From the NCBI GenBank assembly GCA_016188545.1, contig JACPHO010000001.1:419324-483323 (forward strand): a DNA stretch of 64,000 bases, given 5' to 3'. Origin of the DNA: Candidatus Shapirobacteria bacterium (GTDB lineage: Bacteria; Patescibacteriota; Microgenomatia; UBA12405). Within the stretch, counting starts at the first letter, position 1. Every line of letters begins with the position of its first letter. Both the position numbers and the translations under genes were made by a program. Below, piece after piece: positions 29,452-40,182 of the stretch. Under the pieces are notes generated by a model that was not told where the DNA came from, searched no databases, and saw only the letters and a list, made by a program, of their open reading frames with translations.

Positions 29452-30920
29452 CATCCACTGGGCTTCACTACTTCTTATTCTTCGTTGTCCTTGTAACAGC
29501 TTTCTTTTGTTTCACCTTTAAGCTCCTCCAGATTCCACCTGGCTTGGAAACCGATGAGGGCTCTATAGCCTATAATTCCATTCTCATTTCTCAAAATCTT
29601 CGAGATCAAAATAAGCGATTTTTACCTTTTTTTATTCTATCTAGTGACCGCGTTGACTGGAAACAACCAGTATTAATCTATTCATCTGCTATTTTTTTAA
29701 AAATCTTTGGTGCTAGTCTCACTGGATTTAAACTAGTTAATGTGCTGTATTCTATCGGAGCAACTTTGCTAATTTATTTAATTGCTAGATTACTGATCAA
29801 GGAAAAAAACTACGCACTTTTTGCTATGGCTCTATATGCCATCTCACCGATAGTTATTTCCACTACCCGTATTGGGAATGAAAGTATTCTTCCGGCATTT
29901 TTCGGTTCACTTTGGTTACTATTAATCACTTTGTATTATAAAAAAAATCAAAATAGCTACTTATTTCTAGGAGCTTTAGCCCTTGGAATCGGTTTCTACA
30001 GTTTCAAGGGAATGCGGATTATAATTCCCGTTTGGTCAATTTTGACAATTTTCTTAATCGCGATAAAAAATAGTTTTTCCAAAACCTCTCTCAAGCCTAT
30101 TCTCATCTTCGGATTAACCATGGCTCCTTTTGCTCTTATAATTCCACTTTTAGAATCTAAGTATCCCGGAGCTATCTTTGATAGAAGCTCCATTCCCATT
30201 GAAGGATATCGTTACTACCTTCATTATTGGCTCGCCAATATCAACCTATATGCCTTATTTTCCGAGGCTGATATCGGCAAGATTTATGAAATGAAATATT
30301 TTGGGGCCATGCTGATAAGTACCATGCCCTTACTAATTCTTGGTATCTATGCCCTGGCAATTAAAACCACTTTACACCGATTCATACTGGCTGTCTTTTT
30401 TCTTACCCCAATACTCTTTGGAATTGCCAAATCCACCGAATACGGTCACCGCTTAGTTTCACTAGTTCCCCTCTACTCTCTAATCAGCACTTTTGGGATT
30501 CGCCATATAATTGTTTCCAAACACTTTAAATACAAACAACTATCCTTAATACTTTTAACATTATTTATCGCCTTCAATTCCCTAGATTTTTTCAACTATT
30601 ACTTTTTTGTATATCCAAAACAAATAACCACCCAAAAAGCCTTTTCCAATAACTATTATCCTTTATTCTTAGACCTTTCAAAAGAGTCCCAAGCCAGAAA
30701 CCTTGAACCATATATTCAGTCCGACTTATATTTTGGTCACAATGATGCCAACTTATTTTACGAACAAGCCTATTTTAAAAAACCCATCAACATCTGGAAA
30801 TTAGGTGATCCTATGCCACCAAGGTCAATTCTACTCACCCAGCTAAACCATCTTGATAACGCCACGACCTTAAGAAACGTTTCCACTTTCCCCGATTCAT
30901 ATCTATTAATCACACCATAA
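29448..30920 (+). CDS. GT-C (ArnT/PMT-like) membrane glycosyltransferase
   Basis: PPGLETDEGSIAYNS...DWKQP; multi-TM. Confidence 0.82.
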   Translation: MTSTGLHYFLFFVVLVTAFFCFTFKLLQIPPGLETDEGSIAYNSILISQNLRDQNKRFLPFFILSSDRVDWKQPVLIYSSAIFLKIFGASLTGFKLVNVLYSIGATLLIYLIARLLIKEKNYALFAMALYAISPIVISTTRIGNESILPAFFGSLWLLLITLYYKKNQNSYLFLGALALGIGFYSFKGMRIIIPVWSILTIFLIAIKNSFSKTSLKPILIFGLTMAPFALIIPLLESKYPGAIFDRSSIPIEGYRYYLHYWLANINLYALFSEADIGKIYEMKYFGAMLISTMPLLILGIYALAIKTTLHRFILAVFFLTPILFGIAKSTEYGHRLVSLVPLYSLISTFGIRHIIVSKHFKYKQLSLILLTLFIAFNSLDFFNYYFFVYPKQITTQKAFSNNYYPLFLDLSKESQARNLEPYIQSDLYFGHNDANLFYEQAYFKKPINIWKLGDPMPPRSILLTQLNHLDNATTLRNVSTFPDSYLLITP

Positions 30921-33076
30921 TGTGGTTTTTAGTTTTAGTTTGGAGTGTCTTTTTTTCGCCCTGGATATTTAATCACCTCCATCCTATTCCAAGTGATATT
31001 ATCGCCGGCATGTATTACCCATTTATCGAACAAAAACTAGGACCAGCCGCCGGGATACCAGTCAAAAACCCATTGCTAACTGATACAGTGTCTCAATTTT
31101 GGATCTGGCGAAACTGGGCCATTAACACCCTTAAAGCTGGTGATATAGCGATTTGGAATCCATATTCACTGTCAGGCCAACCAATGTCACCATGGTTTCA
31201 TACCATTCTTTTTTCTCCTCTGAACGTTTTTTATTTTATTTTCAACACTATCAATGCCATGTCAGCGATTGTGGCAGCGCAACTGCTAATCTCACTTATT
31301 TTTTCGTATCTATTTCTCAAAAAAATTACCGCCTCTTCTACAGCGTCAGTTTTTGGCAGTATCTCATTTTCATTTTCCTCGTACTTTATCGGCTGGTTAA
31401 CTTGGGGGACTATCTCAGCCACCTTAGCATTCATCCCCCTTTCTCTTTATGCAGTTCTAAAAACAAAAGAATCTAATCACTTCGGATACAAACTTTTATT
31501 ATTTATTAGCCATCTTTTTGCGTTACTCTCTGGTCATCCTCAAACTTATCTTTACTATTTAATTATTGTCACATCATTTATTTTTTCTCAAAAATTACTT
31601 AAAAAAACTATTCCGAATCTCATTTTATCGCTGGCGGCGAGTTCTTTTGTTCTTTTGCCTAGCACCAATATCTTAAGCCATTCGATCCGCTCACTTGATC
31701 AGTTTATAAAAAGCAATAATTATGGATTTATCCATCCATTCGAAATTATCTGTTCTCTGATAACTCCCGGTTTTTTTGGAACTCCAGCCACTTATAATTA
31801 CTGGGGCATTTATTCAAACTTTCAAGAAAAATTAGTTTGGTTTGGGATAGTTCCTTTTACATTTTGCATTAGCTGGATTATTGATAAGTTTAAGAATAAG
31901 AAATTCGAAGCTGTCGATAAGTGGTTAGCCTTCCTCTTTATTGCCGGGATCTTACTATCCACCAAGTATCCAGTCGGGTTCCTGGTCTACAAACTAAATA
32001 TTCCCTTATTATCAACCTCACCCGCCGGAAGGGGAATCATATTAACCATATTTAGTGGTGTCGTTATGGCAACCAAGCACCTTTCCTCTGGAAAAAAGGT
32101 AAACTTTGTTCTTCCGTTCACAGTAATAGCTTCGCTGTTTTTATCAATATTTATTTACAAATATTCTGGGCTAGTAGAACCTCAAAACTATTCCGTATCC
32201 ATTCGTAATCTGAGTCTTTCTACCGGAATACTTTTTCTATTGTTTGTCCTAGGTATTTTCAAAGGCAAGTTATTTCATGTGGCCGTAATCTGCTTAACCG
32301 TAATTGACTTACTATATTTTTCAATAAAATATACTCCTTTTGCACCTAAGTCATATTTTTTCCCAAAAAATGATTTACTTGATAGCATCCGACCCACAGA
32401 CGACTATTATCGAATTGAAAGAGAAAAGTCAGAACTGCTACCTCCAAATATGTGGCAAGCCTACAATCTCAGCTCTTCCCAAGGCTATGATCCAACACTT
32501 AGCTATTCTTATCTGAAATATCTCCAACTAGAAAAACTTGTCATTGACCCCACTCGTTTTATTGAGTGGAAAACTGATGAAATACCCCTACTTAGTGAAC
32601 TTGGTGTCAAATACGCCTTGGTACTCAAAAAAGATCAGGATAATCACATCAGCCCTAATGGATTGCCACCTCAAACACTTTTAGATGATGGTTGGAAACT
32701 ATATAAGGAGTCCGGTTCGGTTGCTGTGATGACCAATCCCAACTACAAACCCCTTTATCATTTGACACACCCCGGTTCACTAAAGCTAATAAACAAAACC
32801 GATAGTACTTGGGAATTTAAAATATCTACCTCAACAAAAAATAGTTTAGTAATTTTTGAAAACAATGACCCATCAAACTGGTTAGCCAATATCGGTACCA
32901 AAGATATCGTAGTAACAAATTACAAAGGAGCATTTAAATCTGTTGATTTACCTTCTGGAGAATATAACCTCATTCTAAGATATATAAACCGACCATTCTT
33001 ATATGGTATTTACATTTCGTTTCTATCTGTCATAGCCTTTATAATATATTTATACATAATCAGAAAAAAACCATGA
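30920..33076 (+). CDS. YfhO-like GT-C membrane protein
   Basis: DTVSQFW.WR, WNPYSLSGQP, GHPQ, GYD; C-terminal YfhO-type beta domain and terminal TM. Confidence 0.82.
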   Translation: MWFLVLVWSVFFSPWIFNHLHPIPSDIIAGMYYPFIEQKLGPAAGIPVKNPLLTDTVSQFWIWRNWAINTLKAGDIAIWNPYSLSGQPMSPWFHTILFSPLNVFYFIFNTINAMSAIVAAQLLISLIFSYLFLKKITASSTASVFGSISFSFSSYFIGWLTWGTISATLAFIPLSLYAVLKTKESNHFGYKLLLFISHLFALLSGHPQTYLYYLIIVTSFIFSQKLLKKTIPNLILSLAASSFVLLPSTNILSHSIRSLDQFIKSNNYGFIHPFEIICSLITPGFFGTPATYNYWGIYSNFQEKLVWFGIVPFTFCISWIIDKFKNKKFEAVDKWLAFLFIAGILLSTKYPVGFLVYKLNIPLLSTSPAGRGIILTIFSGVVMATKHLSSGKKVNFVLPFTVIASLFLSIFIYKYSGLVEPQNYSVSIRNLSLSTGILFLLFVLGIFKGKLFHVAVICLTVIDLLYFSIKYTPFAPKSYFFPKNDLLDSIRPTDDYYRIEREKSELLPPNMWQAYNLSSSQGYDPTLSYSYLKYLQLEKLVIDPTRFIEWKTDEIPLLSELGVKYALVLKKDQDNHISPNGLPPQTLLDDGWKLYKESGSVAVMTNPNYKPLYHLTHPGSLKLINKTDSTWEFKISTSTKNSLVIFENNDPSNWLANIGTKDIVVTNYKGAFKSVDLPSGEYNLILRYINRPFLYGIYISFLSVIAFIIYLYIIRKKP

Positions 33077-33882
33077 AACCAAAACTTAGCATAATTATCC
33101 CCACCTGGAATACCGCCGATATTACCCTAAAGTGTATCGACACTCTTCTCAAACACACTCCAAAATGTTTTCTCCAAATAATTATAGTTGATAACGGCTC
33201 TACTGATGATACTCAACAAAAGATAGGTAAGTTAAAAGACATAACCTATGTCCGTAATGATTCTAATCTCGGTTTTAGTAAAGGTAATAACGTTGGTGCT
33301 AAAAAAGCAACTGCTGATACCTTGTTTTTTCTTAATTCCGATATGGAACTAATCGATAGCACCATTGTCGACATGGTGGAATATTTTCTTATCAATCCCA
33401 CTATTGGTTTACTTAGTCCCCGTTTTTTGAATCCCGATCTGACCCCACAAGGCTCGGTAATGCCACCTCAAAACGCCGTAAATGCATTTAAAGAGTATTG
33501 GCTGGGTCAAGAGAGCTCGTATACAAAATACACTCCGAAAACTACTTTGCCAGTACCAGTATGGGCAGTATCTGGCGGGGCAGTCATGATAAGTCTCAGC
33601 GACTACAAAAATGTTGGTGGGTGGGATGAAAAATATTTTTTTTATTACGAAGATTTAGAGCTTTGTCGTCAAATCCGCAATCTCGGAAAACAAGTCATCT
33701 ATTACCCCCAGTGCCAAGTAATTCATCGTCACGGTGCCTCTGGTACAGCGGTAGCCACTGCTCAAAACCAGTGGCGCAGACTTATTCCTAGCAGTATAAA
33801 ATATCATGGCTATTTCACCCACTATTTGATCAATGGAGTTATCTGGCTAAGTCAAAAGCTTCACTTACCCTTAACTAAGTAA
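33073..33882 (+). CDS. GT2 glycosyltransferase (WbbL-like)
   Basis: VDNGSTD, NLGFSKGNN.G, FLNSD, YYEDLELC. Confidence 0.88.
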   Translation: MKPKLSIIIPTWNTADITLKCIDTLLKHTPKCFLQIIIVDNGSTDDTQQKIGKLKDITYVRNDSNLGFSKGNNVGAKKATADTLFFLNSDMELIDSTIVDMVEYFLINPTIGLLSPRFLNPDLTPQGSVMPPQNAVNAFKEYWLGQESSYTKYTPKTTLPVPVWAVSGGAVMISLSDYKNVGGWDEKYFFYYEDLELCRQIRNLGKQVIYYPQCQVIHRHGASGTAVATAQNQWRRLIPSSIKYHGYFTHYLINGVIWLSQKLHLPLTK

Positions 33883-35438
33883 AACACACTGTTCCCATAA
33901 AAATTCCGGACTGTTTTAAGCACCTCAGCATTTTCAGGAGGCTCTTTCTCCAAGTCTCTCAAACCACCGATGTTCTTTTCCTGAGAAAGTAAGTAAAGAG
34001 TCTTATCGTCCAAGTGATTGATGTCAAGATTGTTACTAAAATCCATAAAACACACCTTATCAACACAATAGTTACCCTTATCTTCTAGATCCATAATTAC
34101 TGCTGGGTCAACTCTATTCCAAAACAAATATCGAATTAGTGCCGGTTCATAAGTATTATCAATTAGTACGTGCTCATATGTATCCTTATTTTCATATACA
34201 TAACTCATCGCCGCTTTATACCCAGTATGCCACCATCGCCAAGATTCAGTCCTATAAAAACCCCAATAATAATATTGAAAAAATACAAATTCAAAAACCA
34301 ACACCAACCCCACCAGAATACGCCAATTTTTACCAATCTCTCCAATCCCTTTTGCCGCCAAATAACATAACGGAAATACCAACAAGAACAGCCTGGAACC
34401 ATGGTTATAACCATCAAAAGTCAAACTAGAAGGTATCGGCGCAATCAATAGCCATAACACCATAACTTTATTTGCACTCATTAATCCAATGATGATCAGT
34501 GGCAACATAATCCAATAGAAATAACCTACTTGATGCAGTGAATGTCTAAAGGTCACATCACCAGTTCTAAACAAGAAATCACCAGAAAATGCGTTCGAGT
34601 AATTGAACAATACTCTACGAAATGAAACGTTGTACTTGTTAAAAAAAATCTTTGAGACAAATGAAGAATTATCAGCATTACGATAATCATTGATCTGGGC
34701 GATAATCTCTTTGTTATTGGTAATAGAGACCTTTGAAAACCTCTCAGCAGCATGCCCAAAAAATATTTGGAGTATTAAAGGTAAACATATTAGTATCCCC
34801 GAAACTACCAAAATGGCAGTTTGCTTAAAACTAGCTTTATATATAAGCAATATAACAACACAGAATAATGGTACGTAAATGTTTGCTGTATTGTAGGTAT
34901 ATATTGCAACTGATAAAAGTAATGCAGCTAAAATAATTTGAGTATTTTTCTTCTCAGCTATTCCTATATGCAGAAATGTAATCCCCAATATTAAAACAGC
35001 AGCTAATAATGTCAGCTCAAATGCCGACCGGCTATATTGTATATGCCATGGAGATATTGCTAAAAACAAGACCGACAATAGAGCCACACTTTTTTTTGCT
35101 TTTAATCGAATTAACAACCAGTAAAAACCTATGATAGACAACATTCCAAAAAATACCGGACCAGTCCGTACCCCCCACTCATTTAATCCAAATAACTTTA
35201 TAAAAGGCACCATCGCATACATCATCCCCGGAGCTCTCCATTCCGAAAAGCTTTCCATGTAAGGTGGTAACAGGTTTCCTCTATAATCCCGACCATGTAA
35301 TAGTATCGAGTAGCTCTGATATCCAGCATCTACCTCGTCACCAAAAAGCTCGAGATAATCCAGTTGATACAACCGCAGTCCCATTGCCAATAGCAATATC
35401 AACACTAACCAAATATTTTTTTTGATGATACTCACCAT
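33861..35438 (-). CDS. GT-C (ArnT/PMT-like) membrane glycosyltransferase
   Basis: FGDEVDAGYQSYS..HGRDYRG..P..ESFSEWR, SPWHIQYSR.AFE. Confidence 0.85.
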   Translation of the reverse strand: MVSIIKKNIWLVLILLLAMGLRLYQLDYLELFGDEVDAGYQSYSILLHGRDYRGNLLPPYMESFSEWRAPGMMYAMVPFIKLFGLNEWGVRTGPVFFGMLSIIGFYWLLIRLKAKKSVALLSVLFLAISPWHIQYSRSAFELTLLAAVLILGITFLHIGIAEKKNTQIILAALLLSVAIYTYNTANIYVPLFCVVILLIYKASFKQTAILVVSGILICLPLILQIFFGHAAERFSKVSITNNKEIIAQINDYRNADNSSFVSKIFFNKYNVSFRRVLFNYSNAFSGDFLFRTGDVTFRHSLHQVGYFYWIMLPLIIIGLMSANKVMVLWLLIAPIPSSLTFDGYNHGSRLFLLVFPLCYLAAKGIGEIGKNWRILVGLVLVFEFVFFQYYYWGFYRTESWRWWHTGYKAAMSYVYENKDTYEHVLIDNTYEPALIRYLFWNRVDPAVIMDLEDKGNYCVDKVCFMDFSNNLDINHLDDKTLYLLSQEKNIGGLRDLEKEPPENAEVLKTVRNFYGNSVFYLVKGK

Positions 35439-36016
35439 ACTGCCAACACCGAAACCGCTAATGGCAACAATAAAACAATTGGCTGGGACATAACCTTAGA
35501 CATAATGTCTACAAGGCGGGTCATGACGGCACTCACACTGTTCGAATCATAATACTGAATAATATTCACAACTTCATTTTTAGTACCAACCATCAGCTTT
35601 CCGTCAACGTATTTCGTCATTACTACTTCTACTACTAAGTTTTCACCATATACTACTCCTTTTGGCAAATCTACTCTCGCATGTGATGTATCACCTAAGT
35701 TAAAACCCGAGAAATCTTTTTGAACGACTTCAGTCCCGTCAGTCTTTAATATTCTTATCTTCAGCTCATCTCTACTTTCCAAATTAGGGTTTTTAAAAAG
35801 TACATCAATCCGCTCGAGTTCACTATAGCTAGTTCGAAAACTTGTCCTAAGTAAGCGTTTTTCAGACAAGTTATCAAAATAGGTCGGATAATTCTTTGAC
35901 TCTTCAACCGACAACTTTGATGGAATAATCGCTGCCACCATAAACAATCCACCGAGTATTAGTAAGCTACCAATCAACACCGTCAGAATTCTAGAGGTTC
36001 TATCTGTTTTTTTCAC
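35432..36016 (-). CDS. Hypothetical protein with two terminal TMs and a central extracytoplasmic beta domain
   Basis: Hydrophobic N- and C-termini; overlaps both neighbours. Confidence 0.7.
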   Translation of the reverse strand: MKKTDRTSRILTVLIGSLLILGGLFMVAAIIPSKLSVEESKNYPTYFDNLSEKRLLRTSFRTSYSELERIDVLFKNPNLESRDELKIRILKTDGTEVVQKDFSGFNLGDTSHARVDLPKGVVYGENLVVEVVMTKYVDGKLMVGTKNEVVNIIQYYDSNSVSAVMTRLVDIMSKVMSQPIVLLLPLAVSVLAVW

Positions 36017-37220
36017 TTAAAACTTTCCAAAACCAATAACCACTAAGAGCTGCTGCCAAACTATGGAGTAAGTTGGAAAGTAACACCACATCCACCCCAC
36101 GTCCGATCAAAACATCACGAATTAAAGGAAGATTTAAAAGTCCATTATTCAGAGGACTCAATATTCCCCAGTACAAAAATTTATCATCAAATAATAGCAC
36201 CACTCCAAACATCACCCCCACAATCATCAATAGACTTAAAAAATCCTTGCGTCTATGTGCCAGATAGATAGACATAAACGGCAAAACCCATATAAACCAC
36301 TGGGGATGAAAATGTATGAATCCCAAAATTATTAGATTAACTGCAACCAATAACTTAACAATATCTGTTAGAGATTTTCCCACTTTTCTTCTAATAGCCA
36401 CCAGTAATAATATCCCCAGCAGTAACGGTACTATCAATACCCGATCGCCTAGTCCTATATCGATTCCTGCTTCAAACATTCGTGTCGAGAGCCCTGAATA
36501 CAGTACTTCATTTCTAAAATATTCAAATTTTAAAAACGGCGCCATTGTCAGAAAATAAACCACAACACTCGTCACCGCCAACAGGACTCTTTTCCAAACC
36601 GGAAACCTGATATATGTCATCGCCAAATATATTGCCCAAATTAGTGGATATGTTTTAATCCCTCCAGCTATTCCAAAAATGACAAAGGCCACCCAAGGGT
36701 GAGCCGCCAGTAAATACCATCCCAACATAAATGGAGTGATAGCCAGCATATCGTTCTGACCCATTAGAACAGCACTGTATAAAGTGACTGGGTTAAATAA
36801 CCAAATAGTAGCTGCCAGTCTTGATTTATATTTGTCATATCCCTGCTGCAAACAAATTTTATATATTGTCCATCCAGTCAACAGCACCATCACTAATAAT
36901 GGAATTTTTGTAGCTAAGTTATAAAGGAATATGTTTGAGTCATCAAAAGCTTCATTGGCTCCCCGCCGCAACCAGCTATCAAGACCCTCCCCGCCAAACA
37001 TTCTTACAATTGGGTATTCCGCTTTTACCACCCAGTAGTGCACCGGAGGATAGTGAAACTTTGGTGCTGCATCATAGTTTGTATTCAAATAACTATATAT
37101 ATCCCATACTTTCCCGTTTCCTAGTGTCGCGTAATATAAAACCAGTTTATTATCAGGATGATAAGTAAACGGAGCAATAAGTAGATACAGTGTCGCCGCA
37201 AATAACAATATTTTTCTCAT
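36000..37220 (-). CDS. GT-C membrane glycosyltransferase (GT87/PIG-M/Alg3-like)
   Basis: HPD, YPP, WLFNP, GQND, IK.YP, HPQW. Confidence 0.78.
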   Translation of the reverse strand: MRKILLFAATLYLLIAPFTYHPDNKLVLYYATLGNGKVWDIYSYLNTNYDAAPKFHYPPVHYWVVKAEYPIVRMFGGEGLDSWLRRGANEAFDDSNIFLYNLATKIPLLVMVLLTGWTIYKICLQQGYDKYKSRLAATIWLFNPVTLYSAVLMGQNDMLAITPFMLGWYLLAAHPWVAFVIFGIAGGIKTYPLIWAIYLAMTYIRFPVWKRVLLAVTSVVVYFLTMAPFLKFEYFRNEVLYSGLSTRMFEAGIDIGLGDRVLIVPLLLGILLLVAIRRKVGKSLTDIVKLLVAVNLIILGFIHFHPQWFIWVLPFMSIYLAHRRKDFLSLLMIVGVMFGVVLLFDDKFLYWGILSPLNNGLLNLPLIRDVLIGRGVDVVLLSNLLHSLAAALSGYWFWKVLSEKNR

Positions 37221-37221
37221 C

Positions 37222-38874
37222 TTATTCGATGGTTATTATTCTGGCAGTATCGTATAAAGCATTCGGTACTACCATACGTAGTTTAGCACCTGGAATTGAC
37301 TCGATCTCTTCTTTGCTCATAGTATCGTCAGTCCAAACGATTGTATTCTTCAAGAGTCTATCTTTTGGCCAGTCGATTGGTCTAAATACAAACTTTTCAA
37401 AGTTAAAGTTGAGATTTCCCTCAATACCCGGTTTTGGCCGAATATCAGCATACTTATGAACAATATTCGGATCAATTTGTTGATAAAACAATACAAATAT
37501 AAAGCTCTGGGCATGAGGAGAATCAATAATCACCTGATCATAATCTTTTGACAATTCCTTAAGTTCCATCATTCCTTCTCTAAAACCTCCAGGCTGGTAT
37601 TCCCCATGATTTTCGTAAGCACTATAAAGAAGTTCGTTATTAATTGTATAAACCACAGTTACAAACATAACTGCTGCGATGACTCCATACCAAAGTTTGT
37701 TTTTGACTAGTCTTATTATCTCCACTGCACCTAATGCCACAATTATTTCAATTGCCGGGAAAATATTTAATGATCGAAGTGGGTGATACCAAGTCCAAGT
37801 AACTGCGGCTGGAGCAATTCCAGATATCATCCAATATATAAGGTAGCGGTGGAGAAATGATTTCCTTAGGTTTTTTATAACAACTATTAATCCAAACACA
37901 AATACAATTCCCTCTATCCACCCCAACATTCCCATACCAGGAATAAATTGTGGCGACATCTTAACCCAAGCGTAGATTCGGGAGTTCAAATTTATCGGAG
38001 AAAAATATGACATTATATGTCCACTCATAATTCCGCCAAAGTAATACAAAGCATTTGAATTGATAGACAAAAAGGGATTGTTTCCTTCTACTAACTCTTT
38101 AGGTGCGTAAGGATAAAATCGTTTGAAAACATTCTCTTGGTTAAACCGTGTCAATACCAAGCTGCTGTTTGCCATAAACACCGGTATAACCATTGCAACA
38201 AATAGCGCCACCATCCACCACATTTTTTTAATCCCTTTCAAAGTGGAAGTAATCACCTCAGAAACATTTTTCGTCCAAAACCATCTTAGAGGATCGATAC
38301 CCCACAGGATAATTAGAGCCGGTACACTAAGTCTGGCTGAGTGATAACTGTATGCTGACAGTCCGAAAAATAACAAACTCCAAAATATTTTTTTATTTTT
38401 AATCAGGTAGTACGCCCCCATCATAAAAAACGCTGATGACAGGTGAGTCTCAAATGCATTTCTAGAAAAATGCAATCTCCAAGGTTCGAATGATAACCAT
38501 AAAAATATCAGACTACAAACCAATTTGTCCTTAATAAAAACCGACAATAGTTTGTACAAAAACCACAACGAGACTATTCCCGCTAATGCAGATACCATTC
38601 GAACAGCTGACTCATTCAGCCCAAAAAGTTTTATAAAAGGAACAGTTAGATAGCCATACAGTGCTGGCTTAAAATCATTAAAAGAACGTAAAGATATTGG
38701 CAAAAAATTACCATACTCATCTTTCCCAGTCAGTAATAGTGAATAGGCGTTATAACCAAGTGCCGCTTCATCAAACCCCAGTGAAGGAGGGGACTTGTCC
38801 AAACCAGTAAAACGAAGCGCGACTCCTACCACCATAGTCACCACCACAATAATCATGGCTATTTTTTTTCTCAT
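37222..38874 (-). CDS. GT-C (ArnT/PMT-like) membrane glycosyltransferase
   Basis: FDEAALGYNAYSLLLTGKDEYG..LP..RSFNDFKP, HFSR.AFE, YSYHSAR. Confidence 0.87.
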   Translation of the reverse strand: MRKKIAMIIVVVTMVVGVALRFTGLDKSPPSLGFDEAALGYNAYSLLLTGKDEYGNFLPISLRSFNDFKPALYGYLTVPFIKLFGLNESAVRMVSALAGIVSLWFLYKLLSVFIKDKLVCSLIFLWLSFEPWRLHFSRNAFETHLSSAFFMMGAYYLIKNKKIFWSLLFFGLSAYSYHSARLSVPALIILWGIDPLRWFWTKNVSEVITSTLKGIKKMWWMVALFVAMVIPVFMANSSLVLTRFNQENVFKRFYPYAPKELVEGNNPFLSINSNALYYFGGIMSGHIMSYFSPINLNSRIYAWVKMSPQFIPGMGMLGWIEGIVFVFGLIVVIKNLRKSFLHRYLIYWMISGIAPAAVTWTWYHPLRSLNIFPAIEIIVALGAVEIIRLVKNKLWYGVIAAVMFVTVVYTINNELLYSAYENHGEYQPGGFREGMMELKELSKDYDQVIIDSPHAQSFIFVLFYQQIDPNIVHKYADIRPKPGIEGNLNFNFEKFVFRPIDWPKDRLLKNTIVWTDDTMSKEEIESIPGAKLRMVVPNALYDTARIITIE

Positions 38875-40151
38875 TTCTTTATGACTAAACCAATATCATT
38901 ACCGTATTTATAAGCTACAGTATCACGAATATTTTCTTTAGAAATCAAAGTCAGGTCTTTTGCTGGAAGCTGTGAATCCCAGTCTGAACTGAAATCGTTT
39001 TTAAACTTAGGTCCGACAAACTCACCTGCAAAACCTGCATATAGACCGTTATCGATATTACCTGTAGATAGATTGAAACTATTAAAAACAAACTTATCAG
39101 TTTTACATATATCTCCCAAATAAAACCAACAATAATTCTGGCTACTACCAATTAGCGTAGAGACATATATTTTTTCAAAATTTTCTACCCCCAGTGGTTT
39201 TATGCCCGTATACCAGTACTGATAAACTAGTGGCCGATTATCAAGCCAGAAATCAGCCCTCTTAGAAATGTCATAACTATTTACATAAGTTGCATAAAGC
39301 AATACCACCCCCACAACTGCTCCAACATACCTATTGGCAACTAATATTTTTTCAACCCCATATGCCATCAATAGTGACAAGGGTATCAGCAACAATATAA
39401 ATCTCTGATACAAAACAGTGTTTGAAAATAAAAAATCAATAAACGAAATCACCAACAAAACAACCAAAATATTGTTGGAATCATTTTTTAATTTTGAAGT
39501 AACCCAAAAATATATTCCAAATATCAAAATAAATATTTCCGGCCAATAAAATAAAACAACTGATTTTTGTTCCATTGGATGAACCTCCTGGAAATAAAGA
39601 GTTTCCAAATCAAAAAAAGGTAACAACTCAGCCAAAACCTGACGATAAGTTATAAAAAGTTTGTTATATCCAATTCTTCTCCACATAAGTGGCAATTCCA
39701 TTTTGATACGGAGCGTATCCTCAGACATAAATCTGTTATTTACTTCATTTCTAGCGTCGGACATAGTAATTTTCGACAAAATCGCCGGATTTTGTTTCAG
39801 AAAACTCACGTTATAAAAACCCAATCCCACCAATACTAGTAAAATAATCCACCACTTAGTTTTTAGGAATGTTACTACACATAGTACTAGTACCAACTTA
39901 ACTACCATCAGTGGATACGACCACCCGATCCCCCATACCGCCGGGGACATTACTAACAAAATGATCGAAATTACTGAACTTTTTACTGACGCAACTGTCC
40001 TTAACTTATTAAACCAAAACCAAAAAACAATTCCCATTAATAATATTGTCAGTATCCTCAACCACAAAAGACCAATTTCACTACCCGTTCCCGTCTTCAT
40101 CAAAATCCAAATTTGTTCTTCAGTTGGTGGATAATTAAACAGACTAATCAT
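38871..40151 (-). CDS. Divergent GT-C-family membrane protein lacking the N-terminal DE loop motif
   Basis: Shares the C-terminal pattern of the paralogs (NK, LYF, terminal soluble domain); no DExxxGY motif seen. Confidence 0.6.
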   Translation of the reverse strand: MISLFNYPPTEEQIWILMKTGTGSEIGLLWLRILTILLMGIVFWFWFNKLRTVASVKSSVISIILLVMSPAVWGIGWSYPLMVVKLVLVLCVVTFLKTKWWIILLVLVGLGFYNVSFLKQNPAILSKITMSDARNEVNNRFMSEDTLRIKMELPLMWRRIGYNKLFITYRQVLAELLPFFDLETLYFQEVHPMEQKSVVLFYWPEIFILIFGIYFWVTSKLKNDSNNILVVLLVISFIDFLFSNTVLYQRFILLLIPLSLLMAYGVEKILVANRYVGAVVGVVLLYATYVNSYDISKRADFWLDNRPLVYQYWYTGIKPLGVENFEKIYVSTLIGSSQNYCWFYLGDICKTDKFVFNSFNLSTGNIDNGLYAGFAGEFVGPKFKNDFSSDWDSQLPAKDLTLISKENIRDTVAYKYGNDIGLVIKK

Positions 40152-40182
40152 ATAAAGGATGGTATAAAATGAATATTATCAC

